Source: Eledone cirrhosa (taxonomy: Eukaryota). From it: a stretch of DNA of 64,000 nucleotides. This document shows, one piece after another, positions 53,820 to 64,000 of the stretch (its first letter is position 1; each line of letters starts with the position of its first letter). The notes under the pieces were generated by a model that saw nothing but the letters and a program-made list of their open reading frames with translations, searched no databases and had not been told where the DNA came from. The DNA lies in assembly GCA_964016885.1 (NCBI GenBank), contig OZ024741.1, forward strand, positions 36,766,001 to 36,830,000, written 5' to 3'. Both the position numbers and the translations under genes were made by a program.

Positions 53820-54577
53820 TTAAACTAATTTGCCAGTCGCTGAGTATTTTATGTACATGTGTAACCTTAACATAATTCTCAGGGAGATTCAGCATGACAC
53901 AGTGTATAACAAAGCTGGTCATTTGAATTACAAGTACAATCTACCTTGTATTAAAGCCTAAACTAAATGGTTGAGTATTCCATGGACATGCATACCCTTA
54001 ACATAATCCTCAGGCAGATTCAGTATGATGCAGTGTGTGACTAAGCTGGATATTTGAATTACATGTACAGTCTATCCATCAGGCAATTTAATATCAAAGG
54101 AGTTTAAGTCTACATAGGATAATGTGAAAACATAAAGGGCTTCCTGCCATCTATAGCTAAACTAAATATTGTGCTTGTTGGAATTAAGAACTACAAAGCT
54201 ACAACAAATCTTTTTATTGTATGAATTTTCAGTGAGATGCAGTATTTAACTCCAAACATCACGTACTACATGAAACCACAATAACAAGCCATTTATCACA
54301 GTAAAAAATATGTAACTCTACTGCATGTCTTTACTCTAATACTGCAAATTTTTACAGTGATTTGTCCATTAGTAAAGATACTATAAACATTTGAATTAAT
54401 AATGATTAAATCATTTTCTGCTAAATCATTACATGTACCTCATTACATTATCCCTCAGCATTTTCGTAGCTTGGCTTGAAGCTCTTGAAATTTCAAAGTT
54501 GTACTTGTTTAGCAAGTGACACTGAAACATGTCAAGACTGTATGCCATCTTACTGAATTTTTTTGTCATTTTTTCAG

Positions 54578-54639
54578 ACGGGGACCCTCACAGAAGATGG
54601 ACTCAACTTAAGATGTGTCGTTCCTGCCCACAACAGTCT
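54578..54639 (+). CDS. ATP13A3: P5B ATPase exon (TGTLTEDGL)
   Basis: TTCAG / GTAAGT; completes DK-TGTLTEDGL; phase 2 end. Confidence 0.95.
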
Positions 54640-54651
54640 GTAAGTTTTTGT

Positions 54652-54686
<35 letters not shown>

Positions 54687-55318
54687 CTGGCATGGGTTAG
54701 AGAGGTATATTCCTTCTCAGCATCTCTACTTGTCAAAGTCCCTTTGTCAGCTCCTTCTTGATGTTCATAATCCTGAGATCAGCTTTCACACCACTTCTTC
54801 CCATATGTGCCTTGGTCTTCCTCATCTTATGGCTCCCCCTGTTTGGATCATTTGCCACTTTTTCACTCAACTCTCATTCTTCACATGCATTACATGTCTT
54901 TTACACACTATAGCTGATTCCAGTTATACCCAGCTTTTCTCTCAGCTCATTTCTGCTTTGTCATTCATGTACACTAACATTACACATCCAGTAGAGCATT
55001 CTCATTTCATTTCTTTTTAGTCTTAGCACATTCTTCCACATTCATTGCTCATTTCTTATTACCATGCAACTTTGTATATCAATCTTTATATAGTCTATTA
55101 TTTATTTAGAGAAAAAAAACTTTTTGTTGTCAACAAAAGTAATAGTTCTCAGAATCTTTGCCACTGTATCTCATCCTTATTCTGGCTACTGTCTTTTTCA
55201 CCACTGATTGGGTCACCTAGGTAATAGAAGATTTTAATCATTTTTAGCAAGCCTTCTAAGTAGTCTGTCTGTCTCCTTCAATATATTCACTTATTTGTCA
55301 ATGTATTTTATCCCCCAG

Positions 55319-55463
55319 GTTCGGACCTGAAGACTTTCTGGAAGATCCTCTGCCTAAAGGGTTGATGTTGTATTGTATGGCAACCTGCCATTCCTTGATG
55401 GTCATTAACAACAAGCTATCTGGGGACCCTATTGATTTGATTATGTTTGAAGCTTCAAACTGG
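55319..55463 (+). CDS. ATP13A3: P5B ATPase exon, N domain
   Basis: CCCAG / GTAAGT; CMATCHSL...LSGDPIDLIMFEASNW. Confidence 0.95.
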
Positions 55464-56814
55464 GTAAGTCTAGTCTTGTAATTATTATAGATACTAATTG
55501 TAACCTGGGTTTTCCTGAGGACATTCAGAAACACACACGCACACACACGTGCACATGCACACACGCACACGTGCACACATAAAATTCCTGTGCGCATTGA
55601 GCTTTTCTCACTTTACCAAAATTAATAGTGGAATATTCCATTATAATGACATATATATATAGTGGTAAAAACCGGGAGGTTATATCCAAAGTTTGTAGAG
55701 CACACAGTCCAAAGAATAAGTTCAGTATAGAATCAGTTCCACAACAAATTAGCAAACCATAGTTGAGAGCACATGTTTCACCCAAAAGATTCTTCAACTT
55801 GTGTTACAGTGAGAATGGAAGTATATATGAGCTGGGTGGATTCTGCATGACAGATATCGGTAGTTGAATGACAAGGGAGACAACTCAATTAGACTATTGT
55901 AAGGGGGACAACCTTTGAAGAACGATCACTTGTGGTTGTTCAGTCCAGGTTAAAGTTATGGTTATCATGGGTCCTTCCAGTTATATAATAGAAACTTCGC
56001 AGCATGGGGTCAGTGATTAAAAAAAATCGGCTCTTGTGTTAGGGCATGTACTACCTACAGTCATCTATGAGGCTGAAGTTATATCCACTCCGCTGAATCA
56101 ACAGCAGAAGATCAAAACATATGTCAGTCGGCCAATTTAAAGAATGCTTCCTTAACCACCCTTAACCAGCACTTTAGACACTCTGATAAGCAGACATCCA
56201 CAAAGTTGGTAACCCATGTATGATCACTCAATGACGCAGTCATGAATTTCTCCATTCAATGGAAAATTCTCACCAAATCGAGACCATACAGAAATGGTGT
56301 CATGTCCTGTAAGTTGTGCATCGATGACAGGATGAATATCTTGCTTATGTCTGAGAAATGGGCAAAAATCCAAACCTTATTTATGTAGAATTTGAAGTTG
56401 GTGAAAATCGTCGAAATATTGATTTTGAATGTAACCCCACACTCTGCCCTTCTACCATCGATTTTGGGGTCACATATTCCTCAGCTTGTGTTCATGTGTA
56501 TACAGTAATTATTACTTATGTAAATCAATAGCAAAATCCAACTCGGTGGGATTTGAACTTAGAAATAAGGGATGTATGAGTTTTTATTTCTTTGTTCTAC
56601 CATTTCCACCAATTTGCTCCTTTTAATGGTAACAAAATAATAAAACATTTGCTGCAGTTGCAAGAGTAGGAAGGATCGTCCTGATGAGAACCAGTTCACT
56701 TCGAAATGCACTGACAATCCCCCCCCCCCCCCTGCAACTGCTGGACACCGCCAGGTGGTGATAGCCGCCAGTGTTTTTGCAATAAAATATTTATTTATTT
56801 TCATTTTATTTTAG

Positions 56815-56922
56815 GAATTGAAGGAACCTGGAGAAGAAGAAACTCGCTTTGATATGATGGCACCAACCATTGTTTCTCCCAAAGTATTCCCCTTAAATGG
56901 AATCAAGCGGGAAGCTTCAGAG
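56815..56922 (+). CDS. ATP13A3: P5B ATPase exon
   Basis: TTTAG / GTAGGT; ELKEPGEEETRFDMMAPTIVSPK...; phase 0/0. Confidence 0.88.
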
Positions 56923-58928
56923 GTAGGTTCAGTGTTATTGTTGATAATAATTTCTAGTTTAGACACAAGACCAGCAATTTGTTGGTTGGGGAAAATCGAT
57001 TATATCAACTCCAATACTTTACTGGTACTATATTTTATCAACTTGGCAGGATTTGAACTCAGAATGTAAAGAGCCAGAATAAATACTCCAAAGCATTTGT
57101 CTGACACTCTAATGACTCAGCCAAATCCACCAACCTACAGCATTACCTGTGACAATAGAAAGGATATTGAGAATAGAAGGAAATCCTCTTATCATCATTA
57201 TCATTATTTAATGTCTAATTTCCATGCTTGTATCAGTTAGACAGGCTGTCATGTTTTAAGGCCAGGCAGGTTAGGTGACCATGTGCTGCTCATATGTTCC
57301 ATTTTTGGTTTGCTTTCTACAGCTGGATGTCCTTCCTGATATTAACCACTTTACTGCATAGCTTGGAAGCATTTTTGATTGCACCAGTACTACCACCTTA
57401 CAGTGTGTACTGGGTTCTTTTTATCATGACACCAGCACTACTGGATTATAGAATGAATTGGGTGCTTTTTGTTGTGGCACAAGACTACCATCTTACAATG
57501 GGGTTTATGTACTTTTTATCATAGCACTAGTACTACCACCTCATAGAGTAGGCTGGGTTTATTCTATCATGACACCAACATGCAAATAAGACTCAGTAAT
57601 TTTCAGATATTACTACTTTTGTCCATGTCTTCCTCAGCCTACTTCTACAAAATTTTTCATGAACTTGGAAATCCTGGAACTTCTACACCCAATCATCGAC
57701 ACCCACACACATGTATCTGTACCAGTACAATATATTACATAACCTCTGTGTGTATCTGGTTTTGAATAGGCACACTGTTTCACTGCATGAATAAAAGGGT
57801 TAGTGCCAGGAAGGGCAAACTGCTGTAAAACATTGCCTCAAAAAAAAAAAGGACCCCATGATGAGTTTGGAGCCTATCGTGGGGCCTATGTGGTTAACCC
57901 CTGCTTTAGCAGGGAAGATGCAAAAAATAGCTTTCAAACATTTGTTGTCTACATCATCATCATCATCATTATTACATCCACTTTTCCATTCTAACATTCA
58001 CCACTTCTGTCCACATCTTCCTTGGTTTTCCTCTTCTGCAGTTTCCTTCCACTTGGAACACCTAGCACTTCATCTAATCATTATCATCCATTCACATCAT
58101 GTCTGTACCAGTGCAGCCTTCCTGCCAGCATGCTACATCTGATTCCTCTTATGTTCAGTTTTTCTCTCAGCTTATCCTTGCTTGACTCATTTCTCTCCAG
58201 TCTTTGCATATACTCTGTTACACTTCTTCTTCTCCTGAGAGGGTCGTTGGGGCAGAGTCCTCAAAACACTCCTTCTAATGGGTCCTGCCAGAAGCAACCG
58301 TCTCCAACTGATCCGGCTGGTTTCCCAAACGAGACCAGTCAAGCTCATTATCCAACCACCTTGCTCAGGGTCTATCCCTGGGTCTCCTGCCGGTTGGTTT
58401 TGCCCGTCCAATCACATTTAAAGTGTGTGCTAGGTGTTTTTGTTGTGACACCTTCATGTCCACTTTACAGTGTGGACTGGGTGCTTTTTGTCATGACACC
58501 TCTATGAGTGTATGCTGGGTGTTTTTGTTGTGGCACACCTACAGCATGGACTGGGCACCTTTTGCCTTCACATACAGAAAATTGAAAACAAATTTGACCT
58601 AGTTATTATGAAGTAATAAAGTTTGTCTATTGTGGCTGTGAGATGGAAAGACAATTGTAGATTTATCAAAACAAATAAATAACAGCTGAGCTAAGACAGC
58701 TGGTATGAATCAATTTTTTATAGATTTAATCCAAGTGTCAGGCCAACTTGGAATAATATAGATATTTTCTTGTCACCTGTCAGTATTAATTTCAGTTCTA
58801 CATTTTATATGTTATGGTTTCTTAGATATATAATATGGTGTGGTACTATGACAGCTACTACTGAGAAATAAACCCTGCCCTGACTATGTAGAACACTTGT
58901 GTGTGTATGTGTATATATATATATATAT

Positions 58929-59365
58929 GGGGAGACCCAAGATGACCTGGGATGAGGTGATAAAAGCCGACCTTACCCAATTACACCTCTCAAAGGCGAT
59001 GACACACGACCGTGACCTCTGACGTCACACCGTAATACAGAGTACCCGACCTCCCATGGGTACAAGCTGAAGCATATAGAAAATATGCCCCCACACCCCC
59101 CACTGCAAGGTGGTCGTGGAGGTGCCACGGCAAAAAAGCACCCAGCCCACACTGTAAAGTGGACGTGTAGGTGCCACGAAAAAGCACCCAGCACTCACTG
59201 TAAATGAGGTTGGTGTTAGGAAGGGCATCCAGCTGTAGAAATCAAGCCAAATCAGTTCCTGTATGAGCAAGGCATGGTCAGCCGACCAGACACTGCCCAC
59301 AACAGGACAACCCGTCTAACCCATGCTAGCGTGGAAGAATGGACGTAAAACGGTGATGATGATGA

Positions 59366-59368
<3 letters not shown>
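58929..59368 (+). mobile_element. 5'-truncated RTE-A
   Basis: GRPKMTWDEVIKADL, 3' UTR and (GAT)n tail; TA runs on both sides. Confidence 0.92.
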
Positions 59369-59404
<36 letters not shown>

Positions 59405-59405
<1 letters not shown>

Positions 59406-59852
59406 CATCATCGTTTAACGTCCATCTTCCACACTAGCATGGGTTAGACGGGTTTGTCCCACTTGAGGCAAGATTGGTCGGGTGACTGTGTCTTACTCAT
59501 ATAGAACTGTTTCTGGCTGGTTTTGTACTGGATGCCCTTCCTAACTCCAACCACATTTACAGTGTGGACTGGGTGCTTTTTGTCCTGACACCTACACGAC
59601 CACTTTACAGTGTGGACTGGATGTTCTGTGGTACCTACATAACTTTACAGAGAAAGAGTGGTGTGGGAGGATGGAGTAGGGGTGTGGGGTGGGTATATAT
59701 TGGGTTAAGAGGTGCCTATTGACTAGGATACATATGTAATATGCATATATATATATATAAAACATGGTCACTTGACCCAACTTGCCTCAAATGAGACAAC
59801 CCATATAACCCATGCTAGCATGGAAAATGGACGTTAAATGATGATGATGATG
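59405..59852. mobile_element. RTE 3' UTR fragments in opposite orientations
   Basis: 59405-59650 on minus and 59760-59852 on plus share the cccatgctagc terminal stem-loop. Confidence 0.75.
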
Positions 59853-60129
59853 AGATATATATATATATATAAACATATACACTAGCATAGAACTTGTAAA
59901 AAAATGTGTAGGTTTTATAGTAAAAATATCTTTATTCAATAATTCCTTTATTATAACATTCTATGTAAAGATACTTCAATCCTTGACCTTCTCTCTCTCT
60001 TGTCACTCTGACTACCACCATATTTCATATTACATTTTCATTTAAATCAATTACAATAATTTTCTTTAACCAATTTCAAACATAGATCCACTAAATTACG
60101 ATGACTTTGTTCCATCCATCCATGTTTTC

Positions 60130-60830
60130 TATTTTATCTATCTACCTACCTCTATCTATCTATCTCTATCTATCTACCTATCTGTAACTATCTACCTATC
60201 TACCTACCTTTCTTTTTTTCTATTTTAAGACTACTATTGGGCTTTGGGCTTTGGGCTTTGTTGTTATTGTTGTTCTTGTTTAAAGATAGATACTTTAGTA
60301 AAGATACATAAATTGATAACTATAGAATGACTGTTAGACAGAGAGATAGACAGGCAGATAGACAGACAGATAGAACGGTAGGTAAAGACCTCCTTTGGTC
60401 ATGAATGACCATGGGAGGCACAAGTCCGAGTAAGGTTGTTTGTGGAAGACCAGCAGTTGCCCATACATACCAGTCTCCCCTCTCCATGCCACCGATGTTG
60501 TCCAATGGAAAGGCAATGGCTGATACGGTAGGTAGGTGTAGAGATAGACAGGTAGGTAGATTGCTAGATCAATATACTGATATGTAGATAAATGTTTTGA
60601 TAAATTGATTGATAGATAGATTGATAGGTAGGTATATAGTTAGAGATATAGACAGATAAATAGATATATAGGTAGGTAGGCAATAGTTAAATATATAGAC
60701 ATAGATAAATAGATATATAGGTAGGTATATAGTTAGATAAATAGACATAGATATATAGGCAGGTAAATATATAGACATAGATAAATAAATATATAGGTAG
60801 GTATATAGCTAGATAAATAGATAGATATAC
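60130..60830. repeat. (CTAT)n/(GATA,GGTA)n simple repeats around a ~150-bp non-repetitive insert
   Basis: Direct inspection; insert at 60385-60527. Confidence 0.8.
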
Positions 60831-61075
60831 ACACATATACATAGTCAAACATTTATATATGTGAGCAAGTTATATCTCCTGAATGAGTTGGCATGCATCA
60901 TCAGTGATATGACCAGTGGCTATTGTGTGCTTTGGGTCTCTTCTCACGCCAGTTACATTTGCCTAGATGACCCACCGAAATAAGGTGTCCTTTAATAAAA
61001 GAATTAATTATTTTTTCTTAATATGAATAAAATTTCTCTCTAAATCAATTTTTGCTTCATTTAATGTATTATTAA

Positions 61076-61264
61076 CCCTTTAGCATTTAAACAGGCTGTA
61101 TCCGGCCAGAATTCTCTCACCTCTCTCTGTTTAAACTGGCCGTAACTGGAACTGGCCACTCGTAATAAATAATATCAACATTTCATAGATTCGATATTAT
61201 GTGAGATAAAGCCTTTACCATGAAAATACAATAGTATATATAGAATAATGTAGATGCTAAAGGG
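61076..61264. mobile_element. piggyBac-type MITE
   Basis: TTAA|CCCTTTAGCAT ... ATGCTAAAGGG|TTAA. Confidence 0.9.
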
Positions 61265-61612
61265 TTAAAATTAGGATGGTACAGATTGTCTATAAAATAT
61301 AGTTTAACTTTGCTATGCAGTTTCTATAAAATATAGTTTAACTTTGCTATGCCTTTTCTGTTCTCTGCTATCTAACCCATGCAGCTCAAAATAATCTTAC
61401 AAACTTCAATGAAAATACAAAGAGCTGTGTGGAGAGGTGTAAAGTTGTTTTATGGCCAGTGTGCTTGATTTGAAAAAAAAAAGAATATGTTGTGGGTTCT
61501 ATGATTTTCGAAAGATCATATTAGGGTTCCACAAACAAAATAAGTTTGGAAAACATTGTCTTATTTTTTAATTTCTTATTTCTTTCTATTTTTGGTTCCA
61601 TTTATTTTACAG

Positions 61613-61769
61613 ATTTCTGATCAAGAAATTGGTATCATACGCCAATTCCCTTTCTCATCTCGACTGCAACGTATGTCTGTGATAACTCGTAAAATTACTG
61701 CAAAGAATTTTGAAATTTATACAAAAGGTTCCCCAGAGATGGTAGCATCACTTTGCCAGCCTAAAACAA
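61613..61769 (+). CDS. ATP13A3: P5B ATPase exon, N domain
   Basis: TACAG / GTAAGA; IGIIRQFPFSSRLQRMSVI...YTKGSPEMVASLC. Confidence 0.96.
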
Positions 61770-62536
61770 GTAAGAAAGCTTTTGATTATCTCCCAGATAC
61801 TTTTAAGATAAATCTATTTTTTCTTGCTGTATAATAATCTTTTATTACTGTTTAGTTTGGTAGCAGAGAGAACAGACCCATGACCCTTTTCAGTACACGC
61901 TAGAAAGTGTTAGTACCATGATAAAATGCACCCTTCCACTCTGTAAAGTGGTTGGCAGTAGGGAGAGCATCCAGCCATAGAACCCATGCCAGATATTCTG
62001 AGCATGGTTGGTCACTCCTACTTGTTATGATCATGGACTATGAAAATCTGTCGAACCCATGTCAGTAAAATGATGATAATGATTATATACATATGTGTGA
62101 TATGTGTGTGTGTATATATATATATATATATACACACACACGAATACAGTTCAACGAATTCTAAATAAAAATCTCAATAGTACTGTATATGACAGACAGA
62201 TAAAAAGACTGAAATTTTCATCATCATCATCATCGTTTTTATGTCTGTTTTCTTATGCTTGCATGGGTTGGCTGGGTCCTTCTCAGTTTTTTTGTCATCT
62301 CCTCTGTGCATCTCAACAATTTGAGGTCAGCTCTCACAACCTCTGCCTAGGTCTTTCTTAGTCTAACTCTATTGTGGCTTCCTTCCACTAGCATTTTCTG
62401 GCACTTCTTCACCCAACAATTATCCATACACATCACATGTCCATACAAACGCAGTCTTCTCTCATGCACACACACCATCTCAGGTTCCTTTTTCTATTGT
62501 TTTTTTTTATTTTTAAATTCTTTTAATATTTTTCAG

Positions 62537-62651
62537 TCCCATATAACTTCCAAGAAGTGCTTATAAAATTTACCAAATCTGGCTACAGGGTCCTTGCTTT
62601 TGCCTATAAACCTATTAAATTGAACTACATGAGAGTCCAGAGGGTAACACG
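62537..62651 (+). CDS. ATP13A3: P5B ATPase exon; 3' boundary uncertain (probable GC donor)
   Basis: TTCAG; IPYNFQEVLIKFTKSGYRVLAFAYKPIKLNYMRVQRVTR; CG/GCAAGT. Confidence 0.85.
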
Positions 62652-62964
62652 GCAAGTATCCATGTTTTTCTCCTGATACATTAACTGTTGACTTATTTTA
62701 TTTACATATTTGTTCAACTATTTGGTGAAGGTAGATTATATGATGTATAGGTTTGAAATATGATGTATGTCAGTAAAACATGTACGATTGTACGTTCTCT
62801 AAAAATACACAGACACACATATCATCATTGTCATCATCATTATTTTACGTCCACTTGTCACGGTCCTTCGTCTTCTCCACCGTGAACTTCAGCGATCTGA
62901 GGTCTGCTCTCACCACCTCCGCCTACGTTTTTCGTGGTCTTTCTCTACTACGTCTTCCTATATA

Positions 62965-64000
62965 TATCATCATCATCATCGTTTAACGTCCAGCTTCCAC
63001 GTTAGCATGGGTTTGGACGGGAATTTTCCCACTTGAGGCAAGATTGGTTGTCTTGCTTGTATAGGACTGTCTGGCGGGTTTTCTATGGCTGGATGCCCTT
63101 CCTAACACCAACCACGTTTACAGTGTGGACTGGGAGGTTTTTACCGTGTTGCCTACACGGCCACATTACAGCGTGGACTGTGTTTTTTTGTCGTGACACC
63201 TACACGACCTCATTTATTTAGGACTGGATGTTGTGGTACCAACATAACTTTACATCGAAAGGGGGTGGTGTGGATGGGGTGGTGGTAGTTGGATGGGGGT
63301 GTATTTTGGTAAGAGCTGCCTACTGACTGTAGGTTTCGCTTTGCACTGAGGCAAGGCGGGTCTTCTGTATTACTGCATAGCACCAAAGATCTCGGTCCAG
63401 TGACATTGTCTTGGAGAGGTGTAAGTGTGTTAGGTCGGAATTTATCAAGTCGTCCCTGGTTTTTCTGGGTCTGCCTACTCTGTGGCTACCGTCTATTTTG
63501 ATCGCCCTGCACTTTTTTATACAGCTGTCATCTTTCATGCGCATCATGTGACCATACCAACATAGTCTTCTCTCGAGTAAACAGCATCTGATCCTTCTTA
63601 TTCCTAATTTCTCACTTAGTTCGTTTATGCTTTGCCGTTCACGTATATTACTATTACACATCCAACGGAGCATGCAAGTTTCGTTCCTCTCCAGTCTGCG
63701 TATATCCTCTGCACACAATGCCCAGGTCTCACTGCCATGTAACATTGCAGTTCGTATGCAGGCATCATACAGCCTGCCTTTCATTTTTAGAGAGAAACCT
63801 TTAGCGGCCAATAGTGGTATAAGCTCTCTGAACTTTTTCCATCCCGTTCTGACTCTAGCTACTGTACTTTCAGAGCACCCTCCACCACTGCTGATTTTGT
63901 CACCCAGGTAACGAAAGATGTCCACTATTTCTATAGAACCATCTGTGCAATGGAATGAGCTAGTATTTTTTGGGCACTTGCTGTTACTTATTGCACCTGA
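62965..64000 (-). mobile_element. RTE-B LINE 3' part, runs off the window end
   Basis: ORF 63925-63320 nearly identical to the 31256-32528 copy; (GAT)n tail. Confidence 0.93.

Noticed and set aside
54529-55020. 163-aa ORF overlapping an exon
   Set aside because: Out-of-frame read across the true 62-bp exon, a CT repeat and an old antisense RTE remnant

Overview
AT-rich eukaryotic genomic DNA; the SINE and RTE repertoire and the (TA)n load suggest an octopus/coleoid cephalopod (inference). The + strand carries 11 consecutive, phase-compatible internal exons of a P5B-type ATPase (ATP13A3/ATP13A2-like polyamine transporter): TM1-2, A-domain TGES, PPALP, DKTGT and N-domain. The gene start and end lie outside the window. 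Exons 2 and 3 are separated by a ~42 kb intron. Its core (~18.9-44.4 kb) is a nest of (TA)n tracts with strand-polarised AAC interruptions, holding two RTE LINE subfamilies, a Tx1/L1 LINE, a Penelope-like element, CR1-like fragments and several foldback modules. The most notable signal, found by manual folding only, is a set of type I hammerhead ribozyme motifs from several unrelated Penelope-type terminal modules. Two are canonical, two families carry the compensatory U3:A8 core, and several sense-strand copies are damaged. The RTEs carry a C4HC3 PHD finger inside the RT domain. Also present are a Helitron, piggyBac-type MITEs, tRNA-derived SINEs and minisatellites.
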